DNA from: a virus
Virus genome (UHGV): UHGV-0091795
Strand: one strand, 5' to 3'
DNA length: 44,295 nt
The notes below the pieces were generated by a model. That model was not told where the DNA came from. It saw only the letters and a program-made list of their open reading frames with translations, and ran no database searches. A program made the position numbers and the translations under genes. Shown here piece by piece: positions 9,469-19,120 of this stretch (position 1 is the first letter of the stretch; each line of letters starts with the position of its first letter).

Positions 9469-10841
9469 TGCACTGGCACCTTCAGAGGGATCACCGGCAC
9501 AAAGCCGGGATGCGTAATGGCATTACGCCGGATAATGTCCGCGTCACGCGCCGCGTTATCAAACCAGGTCGCCGCCAGCACCAGCGCGGGTAAAACCTCA
9601 TCCGGTGTGCGCTGAATGATCCGTGCAGACTGTTCAAGGCGCGTGTTGATATCCGCATTCAGATCTGCTTTCACCCGGCGCAGCGCCAGAAACAGCGCAT
9701 CACTGGTTGTACGGGACAACTCCTTATCAATTGCCGTATTCAGTGTGTCGCGAATGTCAGTCAGTTCTTCCCACGTCGGCAGGTCAACCGTGTTTTTCAC
9801 CGCCGGTGCATTGTTCAGTGCCGGATGCGTGACGGAAGGCCAGCCAGTGCTCTGCGCGGGTGTTGTTGCCTGCCCCACTGCGGAATTCTGCATCACCGCG
9901 GAAGTTATTGGCGCAGGCAATCGGGTGACGGCATACGCCGCTTCGCTGATTGCGGTCGTACGAAGGGTGCTGGCAACCACGTTACGCTGCTGCGTCGCCG
10001 TGGCGGTGGTTTTACTGTCCGTTTTCCAGACGCCGCGCGGTTGCAGATCGCTGCCGAGGCTGACACCGGAAAGCGTTTTGATCATGGTGACCAGGTCGCT
10101 GGCGTTACCATAAAGGCGTTTCCCGGTACGCCACATTTTCTGCACCTGCTCAACGAAATTTTTGCCTGACGATGGCGGCGGCAGAAGTACCGAGATATCC
10201 CCCTGCAACAGCCTGGCGGCATCCGATACGGCAGAATCCACCACTTTCATCGCATCAGAAACATACCCCAGCATTATGCTGGCATTACCGATAACGTCGT
10301 TCTGCACGAAATCCGCCACACCATCGATACTGAAACCGCTGAAGCTGTCACTGATGCAGTCATCCAGTGCAGAACAGGATGACATCAGCGTCTGCGCCGT
10401 CGCCGCACCTGATGTGGGGTAAGAGAGTTCTCCTGCTTCGACAAACTTCAGGTCAAAGCGGACAATACGCCCTTCACTTTTCGATGTGCTGACCCGAACT
10501 TCCCCGTCAACACAGACTTTCAGCTCACCATATGTCGGGTGGACAAGCGTGCCGGGACCGGGTTTATTCAGCGCTTCAATCAGGCGATCGCGCTGGTCAA
10601 AGCAGTCATCTCCCACCACATAAGCCGTGATGGACGGGCGAAAAGTGATTTTCCCCAGGTCTTCGGTATAGGGTTTGTCGCGGTTCGGGTATTCATGTGT
10701 TTCCACACGGCGACCGGTTCCCGCACTTTCTTCTTCAACCTTAAACGGCACGCCGCGAAATGACGCGTCCTGAAGTCTGTCACGCCAGCCTGAAGACGAC
10801 GAAAGTAATGAAGGTCGGGTGGGAAATGAGGATAAATCCAT
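9465..10841 (-). CDS. DNA circulation protein-like (Mu N/gp43-like)
   Basis: 458-aa ORF directly downstream of the tape measure gene, as in Mu-like tails. Confidence 0.5.
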   Translation of the reverse strand: MDLSSFPTRPSLLSSSSGWRDRLQDASFRGVPFKVEEESAGTGRRVETHEYPNRDKPYTEDLGKITFRPSITAYVVGDDCFDQRDRLIEALNKPGPGTLVHPTYGELKVCVDGEVRVSTSKSEGRIVRFDLKFVEAGELSYPTSGAATAQTLMSSCSALDDCISDSFSGFSIDGVADFVQNDVIGNASIMLGYVSDAMKVVDSAVSDAARLLQGDISVLLPPPSSGKNFVEQVQKMWRTGKRLYGNASDLVTMIKTLSGVSLGSDLQPRGVWKTDSKTTATATQQRNVVASTLRTTAISEAAYAVTRLPAPITSAVMQNSAVGQATTPAQSTGWPSVTHPALNNAPAVKNTVDLPTWEELTDIRDTLNTAIDKELSRTTSDALFLALRRVKADLNADINTRLEQSARIIQRTPDEVLPALVLAATWFDNAARDADIIRRNAITHPGFVPVIPLKVPVQ

Positions 10842-10865
10842 AGACTGACCTCAAAAAGGACTGCG

Positions 10866-12773
10866 TTATCGTGGAAAACGAAAAGGGGAATACCCCACAT
10901 CGTGCGTGATTTTCATCAGGGGATCGGCTTTGCCCGGTACATCAATTATCTTCATACCTGGCGGAGCATTCTCGAACGTGACTTTCAGCTCGCTGTGCTG
11001 TGTCATGGAAGAAGATGGATTCAGCAGCGGAACATTGGGTTTGTACTGACTCAGGCTGGCCTGATACTGCTCGTACTCTTTACGATCAAAAAAAGGCGTC
11101 CAGTCTGAAGCCAGAAACAGCCCTTTATTATCCAGCCAGTTAACCGTATCTTCAGGAACAACACTTTCCAGAGTATCTTTAACCGGCTCATACATCAGGG
11201 TTCCCAGAAAACCATATACCCCGGCCTTCCCGATAAAGCCGCGGCCTTTCCCCATCAATCCCGTTTCTGCCGATACCTTCCCCAGCGTACGCATCTCTCT
11301 GGTCACTGCGGTAATGGATTTGGTAACGTCAGCAACCCATTTGGTTGCCATAAACAGGGCAATCGCTTTCAGAACAGTTTCCCATCCCCCCATCGCCTGC
11401 GCCGTTTCATCCACCACGTGCCAGACTTTTTTTATGACAGGACCTACGGTTTCCCAGTTATCAATAATGAGGTAAGCGCCACCAACCAGAAGAGCAATCA
11501 GCCCCTTAGCAGGCGTCATATTCATCACACCGCCGAGAACTTTCATAATTCTGGACAAAGAGCCTGCAGCGGCTCCCACCGTCAGTAAGGCCAGACCGAT
11601 TTTAGCAATGGTCTTAACGAGCTCCGGGTTTTCACGGACAAACGTTCTCACTTCCTCAAGGAGCGGTTTTACCGCTTCAAGACCATCATTAACCTCAGGA
11701 AGAAACGTTTCCCCCAGCGTGGAAGAAATGGCATCAAGTTGATTTTGCAGAAGTAAAAGCTGGTTTTCCGTCGTCGCTGCCCTCGAAGCATATTCCTTCT
11801 GCATCGAACTGCCATACTGCTGGGAATCCGCAACCCGCCTGAAGTTGGTACGCAACAAATCAAGGTTAGTCAGCAGAGGTGCTATCGCGCCCAGAGACTC
11901 TTTCCCGAACAGGGCATTCAGCACAGCTGCCTGTTTTTCTTTGGGCACTTTAGCCATCGCATCCAGTACAGACAGCATGGTTCCCCGGGCATCTTTCTGC
12001 ATATCAGCAGCTAATTTCTTCGGATTGATCCGCAGAAAACGTAATGCCTGTTTCTGCGATTTTGTCGCGGAATTTCCCGCGGTCAGGGAAAGCATGAAGT
12101 TCTTGATCCCTGTGGCGGCAATTTCTGACTCCACGCCCATCCCGGCAATGGTTGCCCCCATTGCCGCGATTTCGCCGGAAGCCACACCTGCAACACCACC
12201 TAAAGGACCAATACGCGTAACAATATCGGAGATTTTCTTCGCATTCGCCGGGCCGGTATTACCAAGGTAGTTGATTTTGTCAGCCAGCCCGGCCACTTCA
12301 TCCTGCGTCATATTAAACGCAGTACGCCACTGGGCCATCATCTGCCCGGACTCTTCAGCCGTGGTATCAAAGGCCACGCCCATCTTCACCGCATCAGTGG
12401 CAAACTGCATCAGTTCATCACGTGCAATCCCGGCCTGACCGCCAGCCGCCACAATTTCCGCGATCCCGTCTGCAGACATGGGAAGCTCAGTAGACAAAGC
12501 GCGTACCTGCTCCGTCATGGCCTTAAACGCATCCGGCGTATCCAGACCGTCCACCACTTTGCGGACATCAGCCATCTTCGATTCAAGGGTGATGGCTGAT
12601 TTTACAGGGAGTGCCAGTGCCCCCATTATTGCAGTACCCGCCCCGGCAGCGCCCAGAGCAAGGCTGGAGACTTCTTTCTGAAACCCCTTAAGCTGACGCT
12701 GCATACCTTTAAGCGGGCCGGACAGCCTGTCAACGGCGGTGATGATGGCTTTCAGCTGAAAATTATCAGCCAT
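10866..12773 (-). CDS. tail tape measure protein
   Basis: 635-aa ORF rich in Ala/Gly with repeated IAxxG-like segments, located between the tail chaperone and baseplate genes. Confidence 0.7.
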   Translation of the reverse strand: MADNFQLKAIITAVDRLSGPLKGMQRQLKGFQKEVSSLALGAAGAGTAIMGALALPVKSAITLESKMADVRKVVDGLDTPDAFKAMTEQVRALSTELPMSADGIAEIVAAGGQAGIARDELMQFATDAVKMGVAFDTTAEESGQMMAQWRTAFNMTQDEVAGLADKINYLGNTGPANAKKISDIVTRIGPLGGVAGVASGEIAAMGATIAGMGVESEIAATGIKNFMLSLTAGNSATKSQKQALRFLRINPKKLAADMQKDARGTMLSVLDAMAKVPKEKQAAVLNALFGKESLGAIAPLLTNLDLLRTNFRRVADSQQYGSSMQKEYASRAATTENQLLLLQNQLDAISSTLGETFLPEVNDGLEAVKPLLEEVRTFVRENPELVKTIAKIGLALLTVGAAAGSLSRIMKVLGGVMNMTPAKGLIALLVGGAYLIIDNWETVGPVIKKVWHVVDETAQAMGGWETVLKAIALFMATKWVADVTKSITAVTREMRTLGKVSAETGLMGKGRGFIGKAGVYGFLGTLMYEPVKDTLESVVPEDTVNWLDNKGLFLASDWTPFFDRKEYEQYQASLSQYKPNVPLLNPSSSMTQHSELKVTFENAPPGMKIIDVPGKADPLMKITHDVGYSPFRFPR

Positions 12774-12857
12774 GCTTCATCTCCTCATTTATACGGACGG
12801 CCTCTGCCTCCAGATCAGCAAAGTGGGAAATAGCCGTCCGGCGAAGTTCAAGGGGGT

Positions 12858-13181
12858 TTAATTTCCAGAACCACGCGACATTGTAGAATCGCTTCCGGAG
12901 GTCTCTTCCGTCTCCAAGCCGGTAAAAAAACGCATTACAATCATGCCTGCCTTGAAAATATCCAGCTTCGTCATCTGCGCTGCAGACGAGCGCGGGATCC
13001 CGGCCAGAAGCGGGATATATTTCAGCGCTACCTGACTGTCCATTTTCATACCACCATCAGGTGAAACAGAGAAAGGGAACCCCAGCGCCTCAATCTCGTC
13101 ATACGTAGGCTCACGTATTTCCAGCACATGCAGTGTTTCTTTGTGGGCGATGATCGGTTTTTTAAGTACAAGCTCAATCAC
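12858..13181 (-). CDS. tail assembly chaperone
   Basis: 107-aa ORF between the tube and tape measure genes, the canonical chaperone position. Confidence 0.55.
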   Translation of the reverse strand: MIELVLKKPIIAHKETLHVLEIREPTYDEIEALGFPFSVSPDGGMKMDSQVALKYIPLLAGIPRSSAAQMTKLDIFKAGMIVMRFFTGLETEETSGSDSTMSRGSGN

Positions 13182-13534
13182 TGGTAATCCCCTTCTTCAC
13201 CGTGGAACTCAAGATCAACCGTGCCTTCTTCGGCATTATGGTTCGCTTCGCCGTGCAGACAGGCAGACGACAGTACATAGACCTGACCGTTCGCCAGCTC
13301 GGCAGTGATGGTCATCTCATCAGACGAGGTGATTTTGCTCACCGGAAAATTCTTCGGCACCTTGAAGGTCCCTTTGACATAGGGCGCACGGTGAGTTTCC
13401 TTGCGGTCCACTGAACCGTCCAGGCCGATGATGTCATCATTGACCGTCCTGTTCATGGGCACCTCAATGCCGCCGGTCAGCGATAGCTGCTGACCGTCAA
13501 TTTTGAAATAACAGGTTCCCCCGATACGGGCCAT
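13178..13534 (-). CDS. tail tube protein
   Basis: 118-aa ORF immediately downstream of the sheath gene, overlapping its stop. Confidence 0.6.
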   Translation of the reverse strand: MARIGGTCYFKIDGQQLSLTGGIEVPMNRTVNDDIIGLDGSVDRKETHRAPYVKGTFKVPKNFPVSKITSSDEMTITAELANGQVYVLSSACLHGEANHNAEEGTVDLEFHGEEGDYQ

Positions 13535-15030
13535 TATGCAGACTCCTCTGAATACTGAAGACGGAACTGGTTAACCACGGCAAAGACACGCAACTGGTTA
13601 ACATAGTCAGGCGGGAACAGCGTGTTCAGGCGGTTCGGATCGCTGGCATCACGCTCCACAACCAGGTACTGCTTAAACAGTTCGTAGTTTTCCACGATCC
13701 CCGCACGCTCAAGCTGACGGTAGGTTGCCAGCAGTTCCCCTTTGATCACCGCCGGGGTGACAATCGCCTGACCGGGACCAAAGCGGGTACCGTCACTGGC
13801 AAGCTTGTGACGCCCGTACTTACTGGTAATGACGGATTTCAGTTTGCGCAGTACATACGCGCTGGTATGCAGTGTCTCACTGTCGAGGTAGCTGTTATCC
13901 GCAACCCCGTAAGCGTTTTTCCTGTACGTGGTGACATCACGCTGAATGCGCAGTACCCCGCTTTCGACATACGCCGTTGCCACGCCATGAGACAGCAGGG
14001 TCTGTTGTTCGGTCATCGTGAACCGTTTCCCCTTCGGCGCAGGCAGCATATCCACCAGCTCACCGGTCTGCGTGGGACGTGCCGGATCGTTGCGAATAAA
14101 CACCGCTGCGCGGGCGGTACGGCTTGCCGCCAGTTCGTCGGCAGGCGTCTGGGTCTCTTTTTCGTACCCCGCCAGGGTAATGTGCTGCTGGTTAAACTGG
14201 TCACCTGCGGTCACCAGTTCTGACAGCGTGCCGATCTTTGCCGTATACACATGACCATACAGCTGACGCGCATAGCTCCAGCGACCGCTGGTATCGTTCA
14301 TCTCGGTCACCAGCGTGTTAACGGAGGCCGTGTCGTTGAACGGCAGACCGATATAATCAAACGGCTCATCCGCCATTGCAGCCACCGCGCCGGTGAGAAC
14401 CGGAGCACCCGTTCCGGCGGTACCCGTCGCCACGGCAATCTGTACGCCCGCTGGCAGCACTTCGCCCCCACCAAAGCCGTAGTAATTGAGGCTGACAGGA
14501 ATTTCATTCCCGCAAAGCCCCTTATGACGCGCGGTCAGTGTGACCACGCCTGCCGAAGATGAAGCCGTAAACGGCAGGGCCGGAACGGCATTGATGGCAT
14601 CTTTGATACTGCTGGCAATCGTCGTGACGTTATCGCCGTTGGTCACCGGAGCCTGCACGCGGGTACGTCCCACATAGACATTCACCGTGCCGGTTTCGGT
14701 TGCCGCCCCGGTCACCGTCAGCGTAACCGTTGCCGCCGCGCCTGTGGATTCAGGAACGGCAATCACATACAGCTCGCCAAACGGGTCGGTCTGGCGATAA
14801 GCCTCGACCATACGCGCCAGCTGACTTCCCGCACCACAAATCTGGCGTGCATAGTCTGCCGACGACATCAGTACCAGACTGTTGGCAACAATCTCTGCAC
14901 CGTTATTGGCATGACCAATCAGCAGCGATGCTCCGCTGTCCTGTGCAGTATTCGCCGCCTGGTTATCCATTTCCGCATAAAACAGCGGAACCAGCGTATT
15001 CGACGGAATGGTGTTAAAGCTTATCGTCAT
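13534..15030 (-). CDS. contractile tail sheath protein
   Basis: 498-aa ORF at the head of the sheath-tube-chaperone-tape measure series. Confidence 0.7.
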   Translation of the reverse strand: MTISFNTIPSNTLVPLFYAEMDNQAANTAQDSGASLLIGHANNGAEIVANSLVLMSSADYARQICGAGSQLARMVEAYRQTDPFGELYVIAVPESTGAAATVTLTVTGAATETGTVNVYVGRTRVQAPVTNGDNVTTIASSIKDAINAVPALPFTASSSAGVVTLTARHKGLCGNEIPVSLNYYGFGGGEVLPAGVQIAVATGTAGTGAPVLTGAVAAMADEPFDYIGLPFNDTASVNTLVTEMNDTSGRWSYARQLYGHVYTAKIGTLSELVTAGDQFNQQHITLAGYEKETQTPADELAASRTARAAVFIRNDPARPTQTGELVDMLPAPKGKRFTMTEQQTLLSHGVATAYVESGVLRIQRDVTTYRKNAYGVADNSYLDSETLHTSAYVLRKLKSVITSKYGRHKLASDGTRFGPGQAIVTPAVIKGELLATYRQLERAGIVENYELFKQYLVVERDASDPNRLNTLFPPDYVNQLRVFAVVNQFRLQYSEESA

Positions 15031-15184
15031 CGGTGTTCACCTTTTTATTCACGCGCCGGATATCACCCGCTGCTTCACGGCGCAGCCAGTAGTTGTTCTC
15101 GTCAACATTTCGCCCTTCGGCGGGCAAAAGGTCGCCGCGGGCAGGGTCAGGAACTGACCGCCCTTTAACAGGTTTGACAAACAT
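15017..15184 (-). CDS. small phage protein (Mu-like, possibly DUF2635)
   Basis: 55-aa ORF MFVKPVKGRSVPDPARGDLLPAEGRNVDENNYWLRREAAGDIRRVNKKVNTDDDKL, found by manual translation; its 3' end overlaps the sheath start. Confidence 0.4.
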
Positions 15185-15192
15185 GAGGATCC

Positions 15193-15753
15193 TCAGGAAG
15201 GAAGGGTTATTTCGGTGTGATGTTCGATATCGCCGTCAGGCCCGTTACCGGGCTCGAGATAATCAACATCAATCGCCAGCGTTTGCAGTTCATCCAGACT
15301 GTTCAGATCATCCTGCTGGCGGGTATCGTCTTCAGTCAGCTCGCTGATGACCGAAAAATCGAACTGATAAATCAGCTCATGACGATTCAGATCCAGCAGC
15401 GTGCCGCCGTCATAGGTAATCGGGTTACCGCACGCTTCCGGGTTCCAGCCCAGCAGGGCCTTAAAGAGCATCTGCCGGACATCGTCCACCACATCATACG
15501 AGGCAAACTGACCGCGCTCATCACGCCCGTTACTCAGTATGACAACCACGGAGAAGCCCTCTTTCAGCTCCTGCCAGTAGTCGGTCTGGCTTTTGTTTTC
15601 TCCCGGAGAGTCATCACCCGGTACCACATACGCCGCCGGGAGTCTCAGCTTTCCGACCTCCGGCAGATTTTTGAACTGTGCCGCGCCTGCCACCCGGTTT
15701 TCAAAATACGGGCAGCGGGCACGCAGCGCAGCAATAACAGGCGTCAGTTTCAT
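15193..15753 (-). CDS. phage virion/tail-associated protein (Mu gp37/38-like)
   Basis: 186-aa acidic ORF between the head-completion genes and the sheath. Confidence 0.4.
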   Translation of the reverse strand: MKLTPVIAALRARCPYFENRVAGAAQFKNLPEVGKLRLPAAYVVPGDDSPGENKSQTDYWQELKEGFSVVVILSNGRDERGQFASYDVVDDVRQMLFKALLGWNPEACGNPITYDGGTLLDLNRHELIYQFDFSVISELTEDDTRQQDDLNSLDELQTLAIDVDYLEPGNGPDGDIEHHTEITLPS

Positions 15754-16256
15754 CTGTGTCGTCGCTCCGGCTTCAGTGATTTACGCAATTCCCGCGCCAG
15801 AAAATAGCGTGTCCAGCTGCGGTTCTTTTCAAGAGTTTCCACCATAAAGTTATTACGTGGAGCCAGTCGCCAGCCGCTGCCACCGGATGCACCACGATGA
15901 TGGCTGCGACGACGCTTTGCCCCTCGCCTCACGCCATAGAACAGAAAAGCCGGATAAAAATCACCGGTGATACGGCGGTTTCCCTCTCCATTACGCTGGT
16001 TAGGGGCTATACGTGCCATAAAACCAGGGCGATGTTTACTGGCTCTGGGTACCATGTAACCAATCGAACGAGCCAGGCGTCCGGTCTGATAACCGGGGTT
16101 TTCACCCGGTGCCGACCGCGCACGGCGCATCACCAGCCGACGGGCATCACGCATATGACGCTGACCAATCGTGACAAACGCCCGCCTGACACGGGCGCGG
16201 TTAAAGCGCATCTCCGCGGGCTGCTGAAAATCAACGTGCAAAAAGGAAGTCGTCAT
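15750..16256 (-). CDS. virion morphogenesis / tail completion protein
   Basis: 168-aa basic ORF, translationally coupled within the head-tail joining block. Confidence 0.45.
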   Translation of the reverse strand: MTTSFLHVDFQQPAEMRFNRARVRRAFVTIGQRHMRDARRLVMRRARSAPGENPGYQTGRLARSIGYMVPRASKHRPGFMARIAPNQRNGEGNRRITGDFYPAFLFYGVRRGAKRRRSHHRGASGGSGWRLAPRNNFMVETLEKNRSWTRYFLARELRKSLKPERRHR

Positions 16257-16641
16257 TGTTGCCTCCGTGACTCTGCCTACATTCGCCCAGCTCCGTACAC
16301 TCCAGCAGCAGAAAGCGCCGCGCCCCGTTCAGATCGCGCTGACGTTTCACCCGGTACACACTGTCACCGCAGACCACCTCATAATCAGCGGTGATCCCCC
16401 GGCGGTAACGAATGGTGATGTAATGGGTGATGGCGTCCCCGGTCTGCGCGGTTTCCTGCCAGGTGGTGGCACTGGTCTGGATAACCTTCGCCCATGTCCG
16501 GAACGTAACCGGGTATTGAGGCTCCACGCCAAAGTTATCCGCGGGCATATCCACCCGCTGGCGAATCAGGACGCGTTTATTCAGTTCGCCGGGGTCCGGC
16601 AGAATGTAGGTTGCGCTGGTCTGCGCCTGACGAATTTTCAT
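16231..16641 (-). CDS. head-tail joining (head closure) protein
   Basis: 136-aa ORF downstream of the connector gene. Confidence 0.45.
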   Translation of the reverse strand: MKIRQAQTSATYILPDPGELNKRVLIRQRVDMPADNFGVEPQYPVTFRTWAKVIQTSATTWQETAQTGDAITHYITIRYRRGITADYEVVCGDSVYRVKRQRDLNGARRFLLLECTELGECRQSHGGNNDDFLFAR

Positions 16642-16961
16642 TGCGGAAAGTACCTGTACGGGCCGACAAGCCAGCCAAAACTCTGCGGCATGTCGAGTTT
16701 CTCCACTTCCGTAACCGACGAGCGGTTTTCGTAAAAATGGCTGATAAGCATCAGCATCCCCAGACGAATATCATCCGGCAGGTGCAGCCCGTCCGGATCG
16801 CTGTCCGGAATGGTTTCATCCGGAGCATAGAGCTTCCGGTTCAGATACGTTTCCGTCCGCTTTTGCGCCGCACAGGCCAGCAGTTGCAGATGGCGGTCAT
16901 CAGCATCGAAATCCTCATCCAGCCGGAGTTGGGCTTTAATCTCTTCCATTGTCAGAAGCAT
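16638..16961 (-). CDS. gp6-like head-tail connector protein
   Basis: 107-aa ORF; N-terminus MLLTMEEIKAQLRLDEDFDADD resembles gp6-like connector proteins. Confidence 0.5.
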   Translation of the reverse strand: MLLTMEEIKAQLRLDEDFDADDRHLQLLACAAQKRTETYLNRKLYAPDETIPDSDPDGLHLPDDIRLGMLMLISHFYENRSSVTEVEKLDMPQSFGWLVGPYRYFPQ

Positions 16962-16963
16962 AC

Positions 16964-17164
16964 TCAGCCCTCTTTACTGGTCGTGGCTTTTTTCTCTTTT
17001 GTCGCTTTACTGCTTTTTGCACTGGTTCCGCGCTCTGCTAACCCGGCCTGAAGTGCAATCTCCTGCACCCGGGCAGGAAGCGTCCCGTCGTCATACTCAC
17101 CGGCCCGAATGACCTCAACACGCATACCGTCCGGTGACCATTTCAGATCTTGTTTCAGGATCAT
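16964..17164 (-). CDS. small hypothetical head-module protein
   Basis: 66-aa Lys-rich ORF between the capsid and connector genes, coupled to the downstream gene. Confidence 0.35.
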   Translation of the reverse strand: MILKQDLKWSPDGMRVEVIRAGEYDDGTLPARVQEIALQAGLAERGTSAKSSKATKEKKATTSKEG

Positions 17165-17213
17165 GATTCTTCACCCGTCAGAACAGGGGGCGCGGTTCCA
17201 CGCCCCTGAGTGA

Positions 17214-18419
17214 TTACGCCGCTGCAATCTTCAGCAGTTTGATGGCCTGCGAATCGACCAGCATCCCGCCGGTGCGCTTGGTGGTATAAAAACCGACAAA
17301 CGGTTTATTGGTGTACGGGTCACGCAGAATGCGGGTGCCGATACGGTCAACGATGGTGTAACCCCGTTTGAAGTTACCAAATGCAATGGCTTTCGCATCA
17401 GCGGCGATATCCGGCATCTGTTCGTTTTCAGCGATACCGTAACCCGCCAGAGAGGACGGCTGCCCCAGTTCCAGCCCCGGACGCCACAGATAGTTACCCT
17501 CGGTGTCTTTCAGCAGACGGATGGCAAACAGGCTGTTGTTGTTCATCATGAACTTCGCGCCAGTGCGGTGTGCCTTACGCAGCGTGTAAATCAGTTTGAT
17601 AATGGCGTCTGCGGTCACCGCGGTCGCTTCGCCGGATACAATATGCTGAAGTTTGCCGAACGCCCGGACCTTGTCGGTTTCATCAGTGGATTCATACGCC
17701 AGGAACCCTTTCGGCTTCTTGGTGCCATCGCCTGAGGTAAAGGCAATTTCTTCCTGTTCGGCAAATTCGGTTGCCAGCTCGCTGTTGATCCAGGCCTCCA
17801 CGTTGAAGAAGGCATCGTCCAGCATTTTCTGGGTAGCCTGCGGGTTGCCGTAAATTTCCCCCATGAGAGGTTCAATCAGCTCCAGTCTGGATGTGGCAGT
17901 CTGGGATCGCGTATCCGTTTCCCCCACCCATCCGGAAGCCGTACCGCCCAGATTCACCAGTTTTTTGTAGTCGGAACCGCCAACGGTGATCACCGTGGCT
18001 TCCTGACGCATCACCACTTCATCTTTCAGCAGGTTAAGAATGTTGCGATCCAGTTCTTCCGGCACGGCGTAGCCACCGTCTTCATCGGTACCCACCTGCA
18101 ATGCCTTACGCTCCAGATCGCGCAGACCGTCTTCACGGCCTTTACGCAGGAAGCCCACAAACGCCTCTTTATGCTCGGTGGCCAGTTTATTTTGCGCTCC
18201 ACCAGCCGGACGTTTCAGCTCAAGCAGCTCTTTTTCAAGGTCGCTTTTGAGATTTTCCAGCTCGCTGAGTTTCCCGTTCAGGGTTTCCACCTGCCCGGCA
18301 AGTTTGCCTTTTTCCTGCTCAATCGCATCCACGCGCTTGTCGTTCTTTGCCTTGAAGTCGTCAAACTTCTGCTGCAGCTCCTGCGCGACCTGTTCCACAT
18401 CTTTAATATCAATCGCCAT
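17214..18419 (-). CDS. major capsid protein (HK97 family, with N-terminal delta/scaffold domain)
   Basis: 401-aa ORF with an N-terminal coiled-coil segment followed by a capsid-fold region; located after the prohead protease. Confidence 0.8.
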   Translation of the reverse strand: MAIDIKDVEQVAQELQQKFDDFKAKNDKRVDAIEQEKGKLAGQVETLNGKLSELENLKSDLEKELLELKRPAGGAQNKLATEHKEAFVGFLRKGREDGLRDLERKALQVGTDEDGGYAVPEELDRNILNLLKDEVVMRQEATVITVGGSDYKKLVNLGGTASGWVGETDTRSQTATSRLELIEPLMGEIYGNPQATQKMLDDAFFNVEAWINSELATEFAEQEEIAFTSGDGTKKPKGFLAYESTDETDKVRAFGKLQHIVSGEATAVTADAIIKLIYTLRKAHRTGAKFMMNNNSLFAIRLLKDTEGNYLWRPGLELGQPSSLAGYGIAENEQMPDIAADAKAIAFGNFKRGYTIVDRIGTRILRDPYTNKPFVGFYTTKRTGGMLVDSQAIKLLKIAAA

Positions 18420-18433
18420 CGTATTTCTCCTGA

Positions 18434-19120
18434 TTAGAAGTTCAGATTTTTCAGTGCATTCAGTGCAGAGCCCACATCCTCAGCGTCGCGCAGGGACAGT
18501 GCGCCATAGCCCCCGGCCATGAATGCTTTGGCCTGGGTACGGGAGAGTCCGACATCACGCAGGACTCTTTCGATTTTTTTCTGTTCGGGGATTTCCCCGC
18601 GGGCCAGCGCGTTCTTGACGTCGCTGATCCGCGCCTCGTCGTTAGACGGAAACGTCACCAGACTGACTTCCCAGAGGTCGATTTCTTTCAACAGAAAGGC
18701 TTCTTTGCTCCAGTCGTATTCCCAGTCTTTCAGGACGTACCCAATAGAAAGGCCGGTTAACGAACCGGCCTTCATGTGTGCATGTGCGCGTTTTGCGAGG
18801 GGATCATCATCAATAAGCAACCGTCCCCTGACGTAAAGTCCGACATCGTCTTCCTTCATTTCAGTGTAAACACCGATGGGTTCATCCATGCGGTGCTGCC
18901 AGAGCAGCGCAGGTAACGCTTTTCTGTCACTCCACGCCCGCAGGGAAGCAGCAAATGCCCCGGACATCACCACATCATCGTGGCTGTCCTTTACACCAAA
19001 GACGGAGCCATACCCTTCAAACTCACCGGAGTCACTGACAGATTTCAGACTCAGCGGTACATCAAGACGTTGTTTCGTCTGCATTGGCGTTATCCTTCTG
19101 CTTACCGGCTTTACTGCCAT
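18434..19120 (-). CDS. prohead protease (HK97 family)
   Basis: 228-aa ORF between the portal and capsid genes, the canonical portal-protease-capsid order. Confidence 0.7.
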   Translation of the reverse strand: MAVKPVSRRITPMQTKQRLDVPLSLKSVSDSGEFEGYGSVFGVKDSHDDVVMSGAFAASLRAWSDRKALPALLWQHRMDEPIGVYTEMKEDDVGLYVRGRLLIDDDPLAKRAHAHMKAGSLTGLSIGYVLKDWEYDWSKEAFLLKEIDLWEVSLVTFPSNDEARISDVKNALARGEIPEQKKIERVLRDVGLSRTQAKAFMAGGYGALSLRDAEDVGSALNALKNLNF